DNA from: Trichomonas gallinae
Taxonomy: Eukaryota
Assembly (NCBI GenBank): GCA_008369845.1
Contig: MRSU01003158.1
Span: 1 to 38,735, forward strand
Direction of reading: 5' to 3'
DNA: 38,735 nucleotides
The notes under the pieces are model-generated. The model made no database searches. It was given only the letters and a program-made list of their open reading frames with translations, and was not told where the DNA came from. The position numbers and the translations under genes are program-made. Positions 1-9,911 of this stretch are shown here, in pieces (the stretch's first letter is position 1; each line of letters opens with the position of its first letter).

Positions 1-60
1 GTTTGGGGGCTCTATTATGCTTCTAAGGTAGCGTTTGCCTATTTTTCCCGCGTTTGCCAT
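1..60 (-). CDS. 5' end of a minus-strand gene running off the left edge (MANAGKIGKRYLRSIIEPPN...), product unknown
   Basis: CAT at 58-60, open frame to base 1, GC content higher than the adjacent AT-rich spacer. It is divergent from the 172 gene across a 111-bp spacer. Only 20 codons are visible. Confidence 0.55.
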   Translation of the reverse strand, partial: MANAGKIGKRYLRSIIEPPN

Positions 61-171
61 TTTTTCTTCTGACTATAGTAAATATGATGTTTAACTATAA
101 AAAAAATGCTATTATATACGATTTTATGTGGATTTACCATTGATTTTAGTCATATTTTTGCTTGATGAAGA

Positions 172-3100
172 ATGTTTAAATCTGAGTTCTACGAAGTAGA
201 TGCGAAAGAAACATTCTTAAAACAAGCAATTGAGCTTTTCTTGAATGGGCGGATTGACACATCATGGATTTTCTTCGAAATTGTTCAAAAATCGAAAAAA
301 GAAAATATCTTTAAACTACTGAATGAAGTCATTACAACAGCAGATACAGATATAATACGAAATTATAGAGATATTCATTACGTCAAATGGGCAATTTCTT
401 CAATATTCAGCAGATTAACAAATCATAGATTAAATTCTTCAGAGGATATGGTATCTTTCACATTCGAAAAAGAGTACCCTGAGTTGAGCAAAGAAATAAC
501 AAATATATTAAAAAGAGATTCTCCTTATAATTCAGATGAATCAAAAAAAATTATCACGCAATTTCTTTCATTATACGAAAAATCACCATCATTGTACAGA
601 TGTATATCAACAATGTTGGTTCCATTGATCGATTTTTTAACTCCTGAAGTTTTTTATCAAACTTTAAACACAAAATCATTCGATTTATTTGCAATACCAC
701 CGATAAAACTACTTGCTTCCAACAATGAATTCAAAAACTACCCATTAAAATACTTAGGATCTTACCAATTACTGAGATCACATCCGAAGTTTGCGAATAT
801 TGTTCAAAAATCAATATTTGATGACATATCATATCCAAATAGTCATGGTCTATGCAATAACGATCATATTTTTACTCTATTAAATGAATCAATAATTAAT
901 CAAAAATCATTTTCAAATATATTATTTAATTACTTAAATCAAAATGATAATACTACAAAGACTGATATACTATATAAATCATTGGATTACTTTCGTGGAT
1001 TCTTTTTCTGGTTCAAAGTAAATTTTCCATCTCGTTTGGATTCGCAAAAAATTCAAGAATTGTATCAATTGATGCCTTCAAATAAGGGATTTAATATGAT
1101 ATATGAAATGTATTCTAGGCTTTTAAATGATTTTTACGTTTTTCCAATAATTAACAAAACATTCAACATTAATTTCGATCCTTATAACCAATCATTGCCT
1201 TTTTTATTACAAGATAACTTCAATGAAGTACTAAAATATTATCCAAATACAAGATTTTATGCTATTTCAGACTCTGAAAGAAACACTGACTGTGACTTCA
1301 TATATTGCTATAATGCAATAGTTTCAGTACTAAACTCAATGAAAACTGGTGACTTTGCAACATATTTTGGATCATTCAAAAATTCATTATCAAATATTAT
1401 TAACAAAAACACTTTACAATCAATTGTCTTAGATATATTTTCACTGATTTTCATCAAAGAAAACGATAACTACATATTTAATCCAAAAACAGCTCAAACT
1501 TTAATTAATGAATTATATCGATTCGTTAAGCTCCAGGTTTTGACATATGCTGACTTTATACTCAACACATACAAGCCAAATAATCCGAATTTTTTGGAAT
1601 CCTACTTCATTGATGAAAATAATTTATTTAATATCGCATTAAGAACAAAAAACTGGGAAATAGCCAATGAATTATCGAAAAATAACGAAAAATTCGCTTA
1701 TATCAGCCTACTCGCACAATGCATCAGTGGAGTCAGTGATAAAATGCTTCCAACAAAAGATCCAATAGATTTAGCCAACAAATTCAACAGTGAATCAACA
1801 GATTTTCAAATAGATATAAAGAAATTCGTAAACAGGTTCAACAGTGAAATAGGTTTGTCGTTTGCTGTTTATCTACCGAATATGATTAAAAATGAAATCG
1901 ACGATGATTTTGTCAGAACTGTTGCATTCACAAGACACAGAACAAATACGAATATAATGAGCTGCACAAATCAGTTGTACTGGGCTCCGCCCCAAAAATT
2001 CGCGTCAGCTTTCGATAACAAAACAGTTAAAGTTTTTGATCCAAGGATAATTACGATTCTCAAAAAATCGAAAATTTTGCATTCTTTCGTTAACTTCTTG
2101 AACGATTTGTCTGGCGGCAAAATAGAAGACATATCAAAGAACTCAGCTGATAAATTTATAATAGAGAAAATTAATAACGAAGATTTTGACGCTGCTTTAG
2201 ATTTAACTAATTTGCACAAAACGAACATTTTTACTTTTATTCATTCATTCTTGAGCAAAATTCAACTGAAGAAGAATTTTATTTTAAAAATGTACGAGAA
2301 ATTCCCATTAGAAACAATTGACTTGTGTGCAAAGACGAAAACATATGAATTCATCATTGACAAGATTCCACTAATTTTCCAAAAATATTTTGCAAAAAGA
2401 ATTAATTTTTCGAATATTGAAGAATTTTTATTGAATGAAAACAACGAAATAGAAGATGATGTGATTTACAACATTTCACCAGATGATTTTGTAGTTAAAG
2501 ATGATTATAAGATGCAACAATTGACTAAGCTTGTTGATGTTTTAAGTTCTGTTTATGGAAAGTTTGACAAATTACATGTTTTATGCAGGATTTTCAAACA
2601 AATTTGCTCTGAGAATTTCACTTACAAAGAGTTTCTAGAAAAAGTTTTCACATTTGATTTGCACGATTGCGATTTTGATGATTTAACATTGTTATATTAT
2701 CATTACAGAGAATTGAACAAAGAATCAGTCGCTGAGATTTGTCAAATGGCAGGAAATAATTCAGCAAAATTATCGAAATATTTATTGATCCTTCCGCAGT
2801 CTTTTCCTTATATTGTCAACTATTATAAATCGAGGAATAGAGAAGGCATCGATTTTCTCTATCATTTGGTTCCAAATGAGTATTATGTCGAATTTGATGC
2901 ATTTTTGAATTTACCGGCAAAGGTTTTAGAAAATGCAGAATTCGGAAACATTGGAGCAATCGAAAAAGAGTTATTAAATTATGATTGGTTGGATTTAAAT
3001 AGCAAAATAATCAATATAATATCGCCAGAATTCTTTAGACAAATGATAGTTAAAACATTACAATTGAAATCAGTTGAAAATGGAAAAATAAAATTCCAAA

Positions 3101-4752
3101 AATTATTCGAATTTTCCATGAAATATCAGCGCAAATTTAATCAATCAGTTGAGCAGGTTAAAATAGCAACATTTGAATTCATATCAACATTTGTGCAGAA
3201 AATTAATGTTGATTCGGTCGAAAACGAAAGATTTGCTTTGAAGTTATTCATATCACTTTCGAATCTCAAAGGAATCTTTTTAGAAAAGCATGAGAAGTCA
3301 CTTGATTTGATTTCAAGATTAATATCTCTTTCAATATATGAAAAATACAACAAAGTTTATTCATTCACTGATTTTCCATATGAAAAATGTTTCGTAAGAT
3401 TATCTAAATTATCCTTTGATTTTGATTTTGTCAAACTTCCAATACAAGTTGTCAATGACTACAAATTTGATATCAATCATTTATCAAAGTCATATGCATC
3501 TCTTTGCATGAAAATTGGCAAGCCAAACAATCAAGTTCTGTCAGCTTTGAACTTGAAAATCGACGAAGATTTCATGGAAAAGAATTTTTGCCAATTTTTG
3601 ATTTTCGACACGAAATTGATATCAGAATTAGAATCATTAAGGAATGTTTCATGCCCATCAATGCAAGAATTTATTGCTGAAACAATAAATTACGCCAAGA
3701 AAGGAGGAAAATCGAATTCGAAGATCCTAAAATTTGATGCTCCAGCTTTCATTTCACGATACATGTCATATGACTTTGAAAATTCCATCAGATCATTATT
3801 GAATCTTGACTTAGTGCATCAATCGTTTGCAATACTATTCTCAAAATCATTATCAGCAACATCATTAGCAAGCTTCATCAATAGCATGTTTTCGTGGTAC
3901 ATTTGTCACAGCACAATAGAAAACTTGTTGCAAGATTTTCTGCAGTTTGATCCAGAATTGCAGAACTCCAGGATGCTATGGAGTCTAACAATTACATATT
4001 TGTACACAAAGAAATTACCAGAAACATTGTTTTTGGTCATGAAATTGCTGAATCAACCGGATAATGCTGGAAATTTGCTGTTGGAACTTCAATCTCAAAT
4101 TCATAACATAGATGAACGAATCAAATCTGTCAAAAACGCAATACAGATGTTCACAGATGCATTATTGATCAGGCATAGTGTAGAAAAACAGCCATCTATG
4201 CTGAGATATGTGCCTTCGAAACTAACAGAAAACGAGATAATCAAGAAATTAAGTCTCGCAAACATTCAACTAAGTTTGTTGTCAAAATCCATCGACATAG
4301 ACATAAACTCAAAAAATGTCGGCGAAATAGCTTGGCGTGCATTCTTTGAAATTGGAGATTTGCAAGGATGCAACAACGTGGAAGTTGCTTTTGACCTCCC
4401 TGATCTATTGACTGGTGCCATCGATGAAATTATTTCTAGCGGAATCAAAAGGATTCAATCGTATATGAAGAAAATGAATTATAATGATCATTATGATATA
4501 ATGACAAAGATAACTGACAGAATGACATTAGTACCTGATTTGAGGGTTTGTATCCCTGATATTATCAAGGATTGGAACATTGAACCCTCTTTGTCAATAG
4601 CATTATTGCTTCGATATGGTTTCATCGAAGAATCATTTGCATATGTGAATGACAAAGTCTCTAAAGAAACTATTCAGCTTATCAAAAAGTATGCAAGGAA
4701 CACTGGACTAAATAGCATCATTGATAAGTGTAACTCAATTATAAATAATTAA
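172..4752 (+). CDS. Large alpha-helical protein (1526 aa) with a C-terminal region resembling spastizin/ZFYVE26 (SPG15); no FYVE finger visible
   Basis: Long uninterrupted ORF, with Inr-like TCATA at 150-154. Motifs RLSKLSFDFDFVKLPIQVVNDYKFDINHLSKSYASLCMKIG, LLQDFLQFDPELQNSRMLWSLTITYLYTKKLPETLFLVMKLL and KLTENEIIKKLSLANIQL resemble, in order, the spastizin C-terminus as recalled from memory. The CDS itself is near certain; the family call is less so. Confidence 0.7.
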   Translation: MFKSEFYEVDAKETFLKQAIELFLNGRIDTSWIFFEIVQKSKKENIFKLLNEVITTADTDIIRNYRDIHYVKWAISSIFSRLTNHRLNSSEDMVSFTFEKEYPELSKEITNILKRDSPYNSDESKKIITQFLSLYEKSPSLYRCISTMLVPLIDFLTPEVFYQTLNTKSFDLFAIPPIKLLASNNEFKNYPLKYLGSYQLLRSHPKFANIVQKSIFDDISYPNSHGLCNNDHIFTLLNESIINQKSFSNILFNYLNQNDNTTKTDILYKSLDYFRGFFFWFKVNFPSRLDSQKIQELYQLMPSNKGFNMIYEMYSRLLNDFYVFPIINKTFNINFDPYNQSLPFLLQDNFNEVLKYYPNTRFYAISDSERNTDCDFIYCYNAIVSVLNSMKTGDFATYFGSFKNSLSNIINKNTLQSIVLDIFSLIFIKENDNYIFNPKTAQTLINELYRFVKLQVLTYADFILNTYKPNNPNFLESYFIDENNLFNIALRTKNWEIANELSKNNEKFAYISLLAQCISGVSDKMLPTKDPIDLANKFNSESTDFQIDIKKFVNRFNSEIGLSFAVYLPNMIKNEIDDDFVRTVAFTRHRTNTNIMSCTNQLYWAPPQKFASAFDNKTVKVFDPRIITILKKSKILHSFVNFLNDLSGGKIEDISKNSADKFIIEKINNEDFDAALDLTNLHKTNIFTFIHSFLSKIQLKKNFILKMYEKFPLETIDLCAKTKTYEFIIDKIPLIFQKYFAKRINFSNIEEFLLNENNEIEDDVIYNISPDDFVVKDDYKMQQLTKLVDVLSSVYGKFDKLHVLCRIFKQICSENFTYKEFLEKVFTFDLHDCDFDDLTLLYYHYRELNKESVAEICQMAGNNSAKLSKYLLILPQSFPYIVNYYKSRNREGIDFLYHLVPNEYYVEFDAFLNLPAKVLENAEFGNIGAIEKELLNYDWLDLNSKIINIISPEFFRQMIVKTLQLKSVENGKIKFQKLFEFSMKYQRKFNQSVEQVKIATFEFISTFVQKINVDSVENERFALKLFISLSNLKGIFLEKHEKSLDLISRLISLSIYEKYNKVYSFTDFPYEKCFVRLSKLSFDFDFVKLPIQVVNDYKFDINHLSKSYASLCMKIGKPNNQVLSALNLKIDEDFMEKNFCQFLIFDTKLISELESLRNVSCPSMQEFIAETINYAKKGGKSNSKILKFDAPAFISRYMSYDFENSIRSLLNLDLVHQSFAILFSKSLSATSLASFINSMFSWYICHSTIENLLQDFLQFDPELQNSRMLWSLTITYLYTKKLPETLFLVMKLLNQPDNAGNLLLELQSQIHNIDERIKSVKNAIQMFTDALLIRHSVEKQPSMLRYVPSKLTENEIIKKLSLANIQLSLLSKSIDIDINSKNVGEIAWRAFFEIGDLQGCNNVEVAFDLPDLLTGAIDEIISSGIKRIQSYMKKMNYNDHYDIMTKITDRMTLVPDLRVCIPDIIKDWNIEPSLSIALLLRYGFIEESFAYVNDKVSKETIQLIKKYARNTGLNSIIDKCNSIINN

Positions 4753-6160
4753 TATAGTATGTTTGTAAATTAAAAAATAATTATGTAAATGATGTATTAA
4801 TTTATTGCATATGACTTATATAATGATATTTAATCGGGATGAATTGTGAATACAAAGAATAAATGATTTTTTGTAAAGTGTTTAAATCAAATTAATTAGA
4901 TGAATGAATCAAAAAGCGATAATGAAGTGATGTATTGGAATGGTCTTAAAGTATGTTTAAAAGCATTGTTATATGCTCAATACCACAACTCTGATTTTAG
5001 ATCATATATTGTATGTATTTATATGTTTCTAAAGTCAAAAGTGATGAAAACTTTTATATTGCGTGCGATACAAAAGCCGAATTTGGGATTTTTCTGCAAA
5101 AATAATATATTTTTAATTAATGGTTTCCATCTATTATCAATAGCATAATTAAGTTATATTATGTCACAATATAAAGTTTATTGGATTTAATCTGTTGTAT
5201 ATTGATTTTTTTGAATTTCCATAAATCGATATATACGAAAATCGTTAAACATCATGACATTCTAAGCCATATTTGCGTACATGATTGATATGTCATTAGT
5301 ATTTCGCATTTGTCATCGATAACTTTACAAAACCATTCTATAACCTTGACAGTGATTTTTTATGCTACCAAACTAAATAGCTACGTGTAAATATCGAGAA
5401 TTTCCACAATTGAGATTCTGTAAACAAAACAAATTAATAAATTATTTCGGAAATGAAGCAAAATCAAGACATTTCGCATTTTTCATCAAAATGAAGTGTT
5501 TCTTTGACAATTAGTACCTCCACTAGTTGAGAAAATTAAGTTTTAGGATTAAACTCGTATTCAAAAAGTGACAAAATCTTAAATATCAATTTTTCATATC
5601 ATTGGATTAATTAGTAAAATGTATTTTGAAAATAATTTTACAATATTCAATATTGAAAACATCATTTGATCAACATTTCGGAGTTTGCATTATAGTTGAA
5701 TATAAATAAAGAAAATTAAAATGTGTTTTCAAAAAACATTTTAGTTCTAAAAATAGCATATAAATATAAAGAAAGCTTAATACATCACACAACTATGATG
5801 CAAATTTGCAAATTTTTTAAAGAATTGTTTTACATTCAAATATTATTATTTCATTTTTTCATTCGAAAAATAATATTTGAACACTAAACAATGATATCAT
5901 ATTTACGCTTTTGAATTGAAAAAATTCAATAAGAGTAAAAATAATGAGAAAGTATCACAAAAGTAAATAAGTCACAGAATAAAAAAAAATAAAAATGATT
6001 TCTCAGAAAATTAAGCTTAGCCTTTCAATTTTATTATTAAAAATTTGGACGCAATATATCATATAAGCATACTAATTGTTGCTATTTCTCGATCGAAAAC
6101 ATATGATGCAATATCACGTCATAGTTATCGCTTTGAAATATATTGATAAAGTTCTTAATA

Positions 6161-6167
6161 TCATTTT
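6161..6167 (+). promoter_or_regulatory. Initiator (Inr)-like element TCATTTT
   Basis: TCA(T/C)(T/A) consensus of trichomonad core promoters, 17 nt upstream of the ATG at 6178. Confidence 0.6.
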
Positions 6168-6177
6168 TTTGTTGGAA

Positions 6178-7602
6178 ATGTTTGTTTTCGTGGGTCTTGC
6201 CAGTGCCATAACGTATGTTGGTGAGCAAACCACGCAGATCTCCGTTGCTTTGGCTTCAGACTTGTTAGTTGAGGATTGCATCTTCCAGAACATTGGCGGT
6301 CCTACATCTTACACATCACCGTTACATGTATCAGGTGGATCAGGTGTTGAGAATATAGAAATTATTAGCACTTTCTTCCAAAACACTCGTGCTTCAAATG
6401 GCGGAACTTTCCATCTACAAGCTTCTGCCAAAATGCTTATTTACAAGACAGCAACACAATCCACAACTGTATCTGCCATGGATCCAGCCATCACTAAGGG
6501 CCAGAGAGGTGCTTGTGGATTAATTTGGGCATCGTCATCTACTGCAAACATAAATTTATCTTCCTTTGTTCAAGGCCAAGGTGGCTCAACAAACCTAGAA
6601 CTAGTATGCGATGTAACACTTGATCACGGAAACAGTTCAAAGTGCAATGCAGATCTTGGTTTAATAACATATGCTTATGGCAACGTTTATATCGGAGAGA
6701 GCCCTAAAACAGCTACTGTGAAATACACAACATTCTACCAAGACACATCTAGCTGCGCAATTTTGTATTTCTATGGTACATCATGCGCGCCATATGTCGC
6801 CAGCTGCAACTTCCTTGAGAACACACTCACTGGCTACGGCTTAATCACTTCAGAGGGTTGCGGCAAGAACACTAAGGTAGACTCATCAGTTTTCCAGGGC
6901 AACAACTACAATGGCCACGAAATCTTTTCGGGCTACTCCACAATTGATGTCGTCAACTGCGTTGTCGACAACACAAAGACATACAGGCAAATTGGCGCGA
7001 AGAGCTGGGTTGTCTCTTCAACACAGCCAATTAGAATGGAACTTTACGCTACAAGAGACATCATTGCAGCCTACACAGCACCACCAACACCAGCAGCTAC
7101 AGAATCCGTTGCTCCACCAACATCTAATGGTTCAGGATCATCAAGCGGTTCAAGCTCAGGCAATAGTGGTTCTGGCAGCGGCAACAGCTCAAGCGGAAGT
7201 GGAAGCTCAAGTGGCAGCTCAGGCTCAGGTTCTGGCAACTCAGGATCAGGTTCTGGTAGCTCAGGATCGGATTCTGGCAGCTCAGAGTCCACTTCGACAA
7301 AGGGTGCAGCAGCAGCAGATTCCGGCTCTAAAACAAAGAGCGATTCTAGTTCACCAATTGACTTGAAACTCCTTATTGGAATAATTGGTGGTCTTCTTGT
7401 TGCTACTCTTGTCGTTGCTGTTATTTTCAGCAAAGTCTTCCATAAGAAGAATATGGATGAAGAAATCACATATTCTGAATCTGCCCAATCTGATGAAACC
7501 GACTCTGCTAATGTAACAAATGAGCAGACACGCGAAAATTTAGATATTCATGCACCAAATGATGAGATTCCAGATGCTGAAGCCCCAGAAGTTGATGCAT
7601 AA
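6178..7602 (+). CDS. Single-pass surface protein: hydrophobic N-terminus, parallel beta-helix-like (FxxN-rich) ectodomain, Pro/Thr and Ser/Gly stalk, transmembrane helix, acidic cytoplasmic tail
   Basis: The ORF track starts at TTG 6076, but the likely start is ATG 6178 (MFVFVGLASA) after an Inr. Repeated CIFQN/FFQN/FLEN/FQGN motifs, an SG-rich linker, TM segment LLIGIIGGLLVATLVVAVIF followed by KVFHKK, and a D/E-rich tail. Confidence 0.85.
   Translation: MFVFVGLASAITYVGEQTTQISVALASDLLVEDCIFQNIGGPTSYTSPLHVSGGSGVENIEIISTFFQNTRASNGGTFHLQASAKMLIYKTATQSTTVSAMDPAITKGQRGACGLIWASSSTANINLSSFVQGQGGSTNLELVCDVTLDHGNSSKCNADLGLITYAYGNVYIGESPKTATVKYTTFYQDTSSCAILYFYGTSCAPYVASCNFLENTLTGYGLITSEGCGKNTKVDSSVFQGNNYNGHEIFSGYSTIDVVNCVVDNTKTYRQIGAKSWVVSSTQPIRMELYATRDIIAAYTAPPTPAATESVAPPTSNGSGSSSGSSSGNSGSGSGNSSSGSGSSSGSSGSGSGNSGSGSGSSGSDSGSSESTSTKGAAAADSGSKTKSDSSSPIDLKLLIGIIGGLLVATLVVAVIFSKVFHKKNMDEEITYSESAQSDETDSANVTNEQTRENLDIHAPNDEIPDAEAPEVDA
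7126..7285 (+). repeat. Low-complexity Ser/Gly coding repeat (stalk of the surface protein)
   Basis: Degenerate repeats such as tcagga/ggttct/ggcagc/agctca encoding NGSGSSSGSSSGNSGSGSG... Confidence 0.85.
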
Positions 7603-8000
7603 ATCAGAATATTTTGTTTTCTATAACAATAAAGTACTATATGTTCTGTTTTCTTTCCAAATTTTCTTCTTTTTTTCAAAAATATTGTCAAAAGTTTAAT
7701 TAAAGCATATCACGAATAATAATAAGCAAAATAAGCTTCATCTTGAATTACTGCAAAGCTTCAGTTTATCAAATTTGCCTGATGATCATATCTTATGGAT
7801 GTAAGAAATCATCAAGAAAAGCTGTGGATTTTGAAAATTCCAGTTGAATCCTTCAATGTTAAATTGGTAGATATCTGACAATAAACTAGTGAATTTTTGT
7901 CAAATGTCATAATTTAAGTCTCTTATTCATCTGATTTGATCAAAAATTGTAAAGTTGTGTCAGTTATATTCAACGGCATTTTGATAAAAATGTGGTTGTG

Positions 8001-9029
8001 ATGAATTTTCTTTTATATATAAATTCGATCAATCTCAATCGAGAGTGGTCGAAATACTTCCCTGATGTCGACTATGAGCAAGAACTCACAGGCCCACAAA
8101 GTAACTTCAGCGATAACTCTCATTCTCGATATTATTTCCACGACTGTCAATTTCTTGACCTAAATGATTGCATTGCAGTGTCATTTAAGTTACAAGAAGA
8201 TGGCGAATACAAAATTCTTTTAGAAAATACTATTTTTCAAAACATCCAACAATTGAATGGTGAAGTTGCATCGCTGTTAATAGAATCAAATTATAATACA
8301 AATGTTGTGCAATCCAAAGTTTCATATATTAATACACAATCATCATTTGTGCAAACATTTTCAGCAAAAAAATTAAAATATCACCAAGCTTATTATATAA
8401 CCATATCGGATATACAGTATGTAATTTGGATAGAACATCATCGATTATCATACAATAATGAACATTCAAAATTCATTAGTAAATATCAAAATGTTTCTAA
8501 AATTGATGGGCATAATCAAGCAGGTAATATATATATGAGAGATGAGTGCATAGTGAAATACTCTTGCTATTACGACAATCAATTTAATGGCTATTCTTAC
8601 TTGCATTCTTTTCTAATTGTTTACGGGAGTAACGATTATAAAGAAGCAATATTTGATCACTGTATTTATACAAAGAATGGAATAATCAGATATTTTATAC
8701 AAACATTTAATGCAAATTTATTTTTTAAATCATGTGCTTTTACTTGCATTGGTGAAGAACCAGAAATATTCGCTTATAATGAACAGGCATCATCTGATAT
8801 AAAATATAAGTTATCCTTCATTGATTGCATCTTCGACTTGAATTTTAAGCACAACTCTTATGGTGCTAGCGTTGACGTATTATATGAGAACAGTAAAATA
8901 GTAGATTCATGTCATGAAGTAACATTTTATCAAGAAAAGGAAGAGAAAAAAAACAAAGAAACAGACATTGTTAAATTCTTTTCTAATTTCATTGCTTTTG
9001 TTTATCACATATTTCGTGTTTCTTTCTAA
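8001..9029 (+). CDS. Hypothetical protein, probable beta-helix-like family, divergent relative of the 6178 gene ectodomain; hydrophobic C-terminus
   Basis: ATG at 8001 within the 7992 ORF. Motifs DCQF, TIFQNI, CIVKYSCYYDN, HCIYTKN and DCIFD parallel the upstream gene. The C-terminus FFSNFIAFVYHIFRVSF is hydrophobic. Confidence 0.7.
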   Translation: MNFLLYINSINLNREWSKYFPDVDYEQELTGPQSNFSDNSHSRYYFHDCQFLDLNDCIAVSFKLQEDGEYKILLENTIFQNIQQLNGEVASLLIESNYNTNVVQSKVSYINTQSSFVQTFSAKKLKYHQAYYITISDIQYVIWIEHHRLSYNNEHSKFISKYQNVSKIDGHNQAGNIYMRDECIVKYSCYYDNQFNGYSYLHSFLIVYGSNDYKEAIFDHCIYTKNGIIRYFIQTFNANLFFKSCAFTCIGEEPEIFAYNEQASSDIKYKLSFIDCIFDLNFKHNSYGASVDVLYENSKIVDSCHEVTFYQEKEEKKNKETDIVKFFSNFIAFVYHIFRVSF

Positions 9030-9553
9030 CAGTTTACAATTTTATAATGATTGTCACATTGATATCAATTCATCGAAATTTAATGATTAATGTTGAACGA
9101 AAACGAGCTTAATGAGATTTACATTACCTTAAAATTTTTTTTTCATGTAATAGTGTTTATTACTAATTTTCATATTTATCTCGCTGAGGTGTCTACAAAC
9201 GTATTTAATATAAATTCATAAACAAACAGTAAATTATAACAAGTATTTCGGTATGAAGAACCACATCAATAATAGTTGATGAGGTAGACCTATTTTTGGT
9301 GCAAGATATATTGAATTTTACTGAAAATGGATTGGGGTAAATGAATATCAATGGATGCATTCCACTATTATGAATATTGGAACAGAATGTAAACTCAATC
9401 AAAGTCATACGTTTGAAATGACAGTCAAAGGTGTTTTATGTTAAACAATTATATAATATGTTAACGAGCCAATAATCATTACATGTTTTATTAAAAATCA
9501 AAGTAAATGATGACTAACGAGAGAAGAACATGAAAATAAAAATTGTGAATTAA

Positions 9554-9768
9554 GGGTCCGCACCGGCCAAATAACGGTCTATCGTCTATTTTTGGATGAC
9601 CTCTGCAAAAGTAAGTATTAGGGCCGATTAATTAAAAAAATTAAGCGAGAGAATTATTGTTAGCACATTAGATCTCTTAAAAAAGTGAGTTTATTTTTCT
9701 GGGCAAAACGATAGTTTTCAATACAGCATTGAAAAATTGAGACCATTATTTGGTCGCGTAGCGGGCCC
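9554..9768. mobile_element. 215-bp non-autonomous DNA transposon (MITE) with TTAA target-site duplication, Kolobok-like termini
   Basis: TTAA at 9550-9553 and 9769-9772. Left end GGGTCCGCACCGGCCAAATAACGGTCT (9554-9580) versus reverse complement of the right end GGGCCCGCTACGCGACCAAATAATGGTCT (9740-9768): an imperfect 27-29 bp TIR. No coding capacity. Confidence 0.8.
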
Positions 9769-9911
9769 TTAATTTCCAAGATTTTTAACAAATTTGTTAC
9801 TCTTATTTTTTAAAAAAAAGTTTTAAAAGTGACATTTTATAAAATATCAGTTTGTATAAATTTTATTCACGATTAGGTGTTGATCATGCGGTGATACATA
9901 AGATTGACCCA

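Noticed and set aside
4900..5148. 82-aa ORF in AT-rich intergenic DNA (similarly 11386-11577, 15100-15414, 21823-22083)
   Set aside because: Intergenic base composition, no motif and no coding-type codon bias; likely chance ORFs.
6911..7469. 151-aa (+) and 132-aa (-) ORFs overlapping the surface-protein gene
   Set aside because: They arise from the stop-free Ser/Gly repeat read in other frames.
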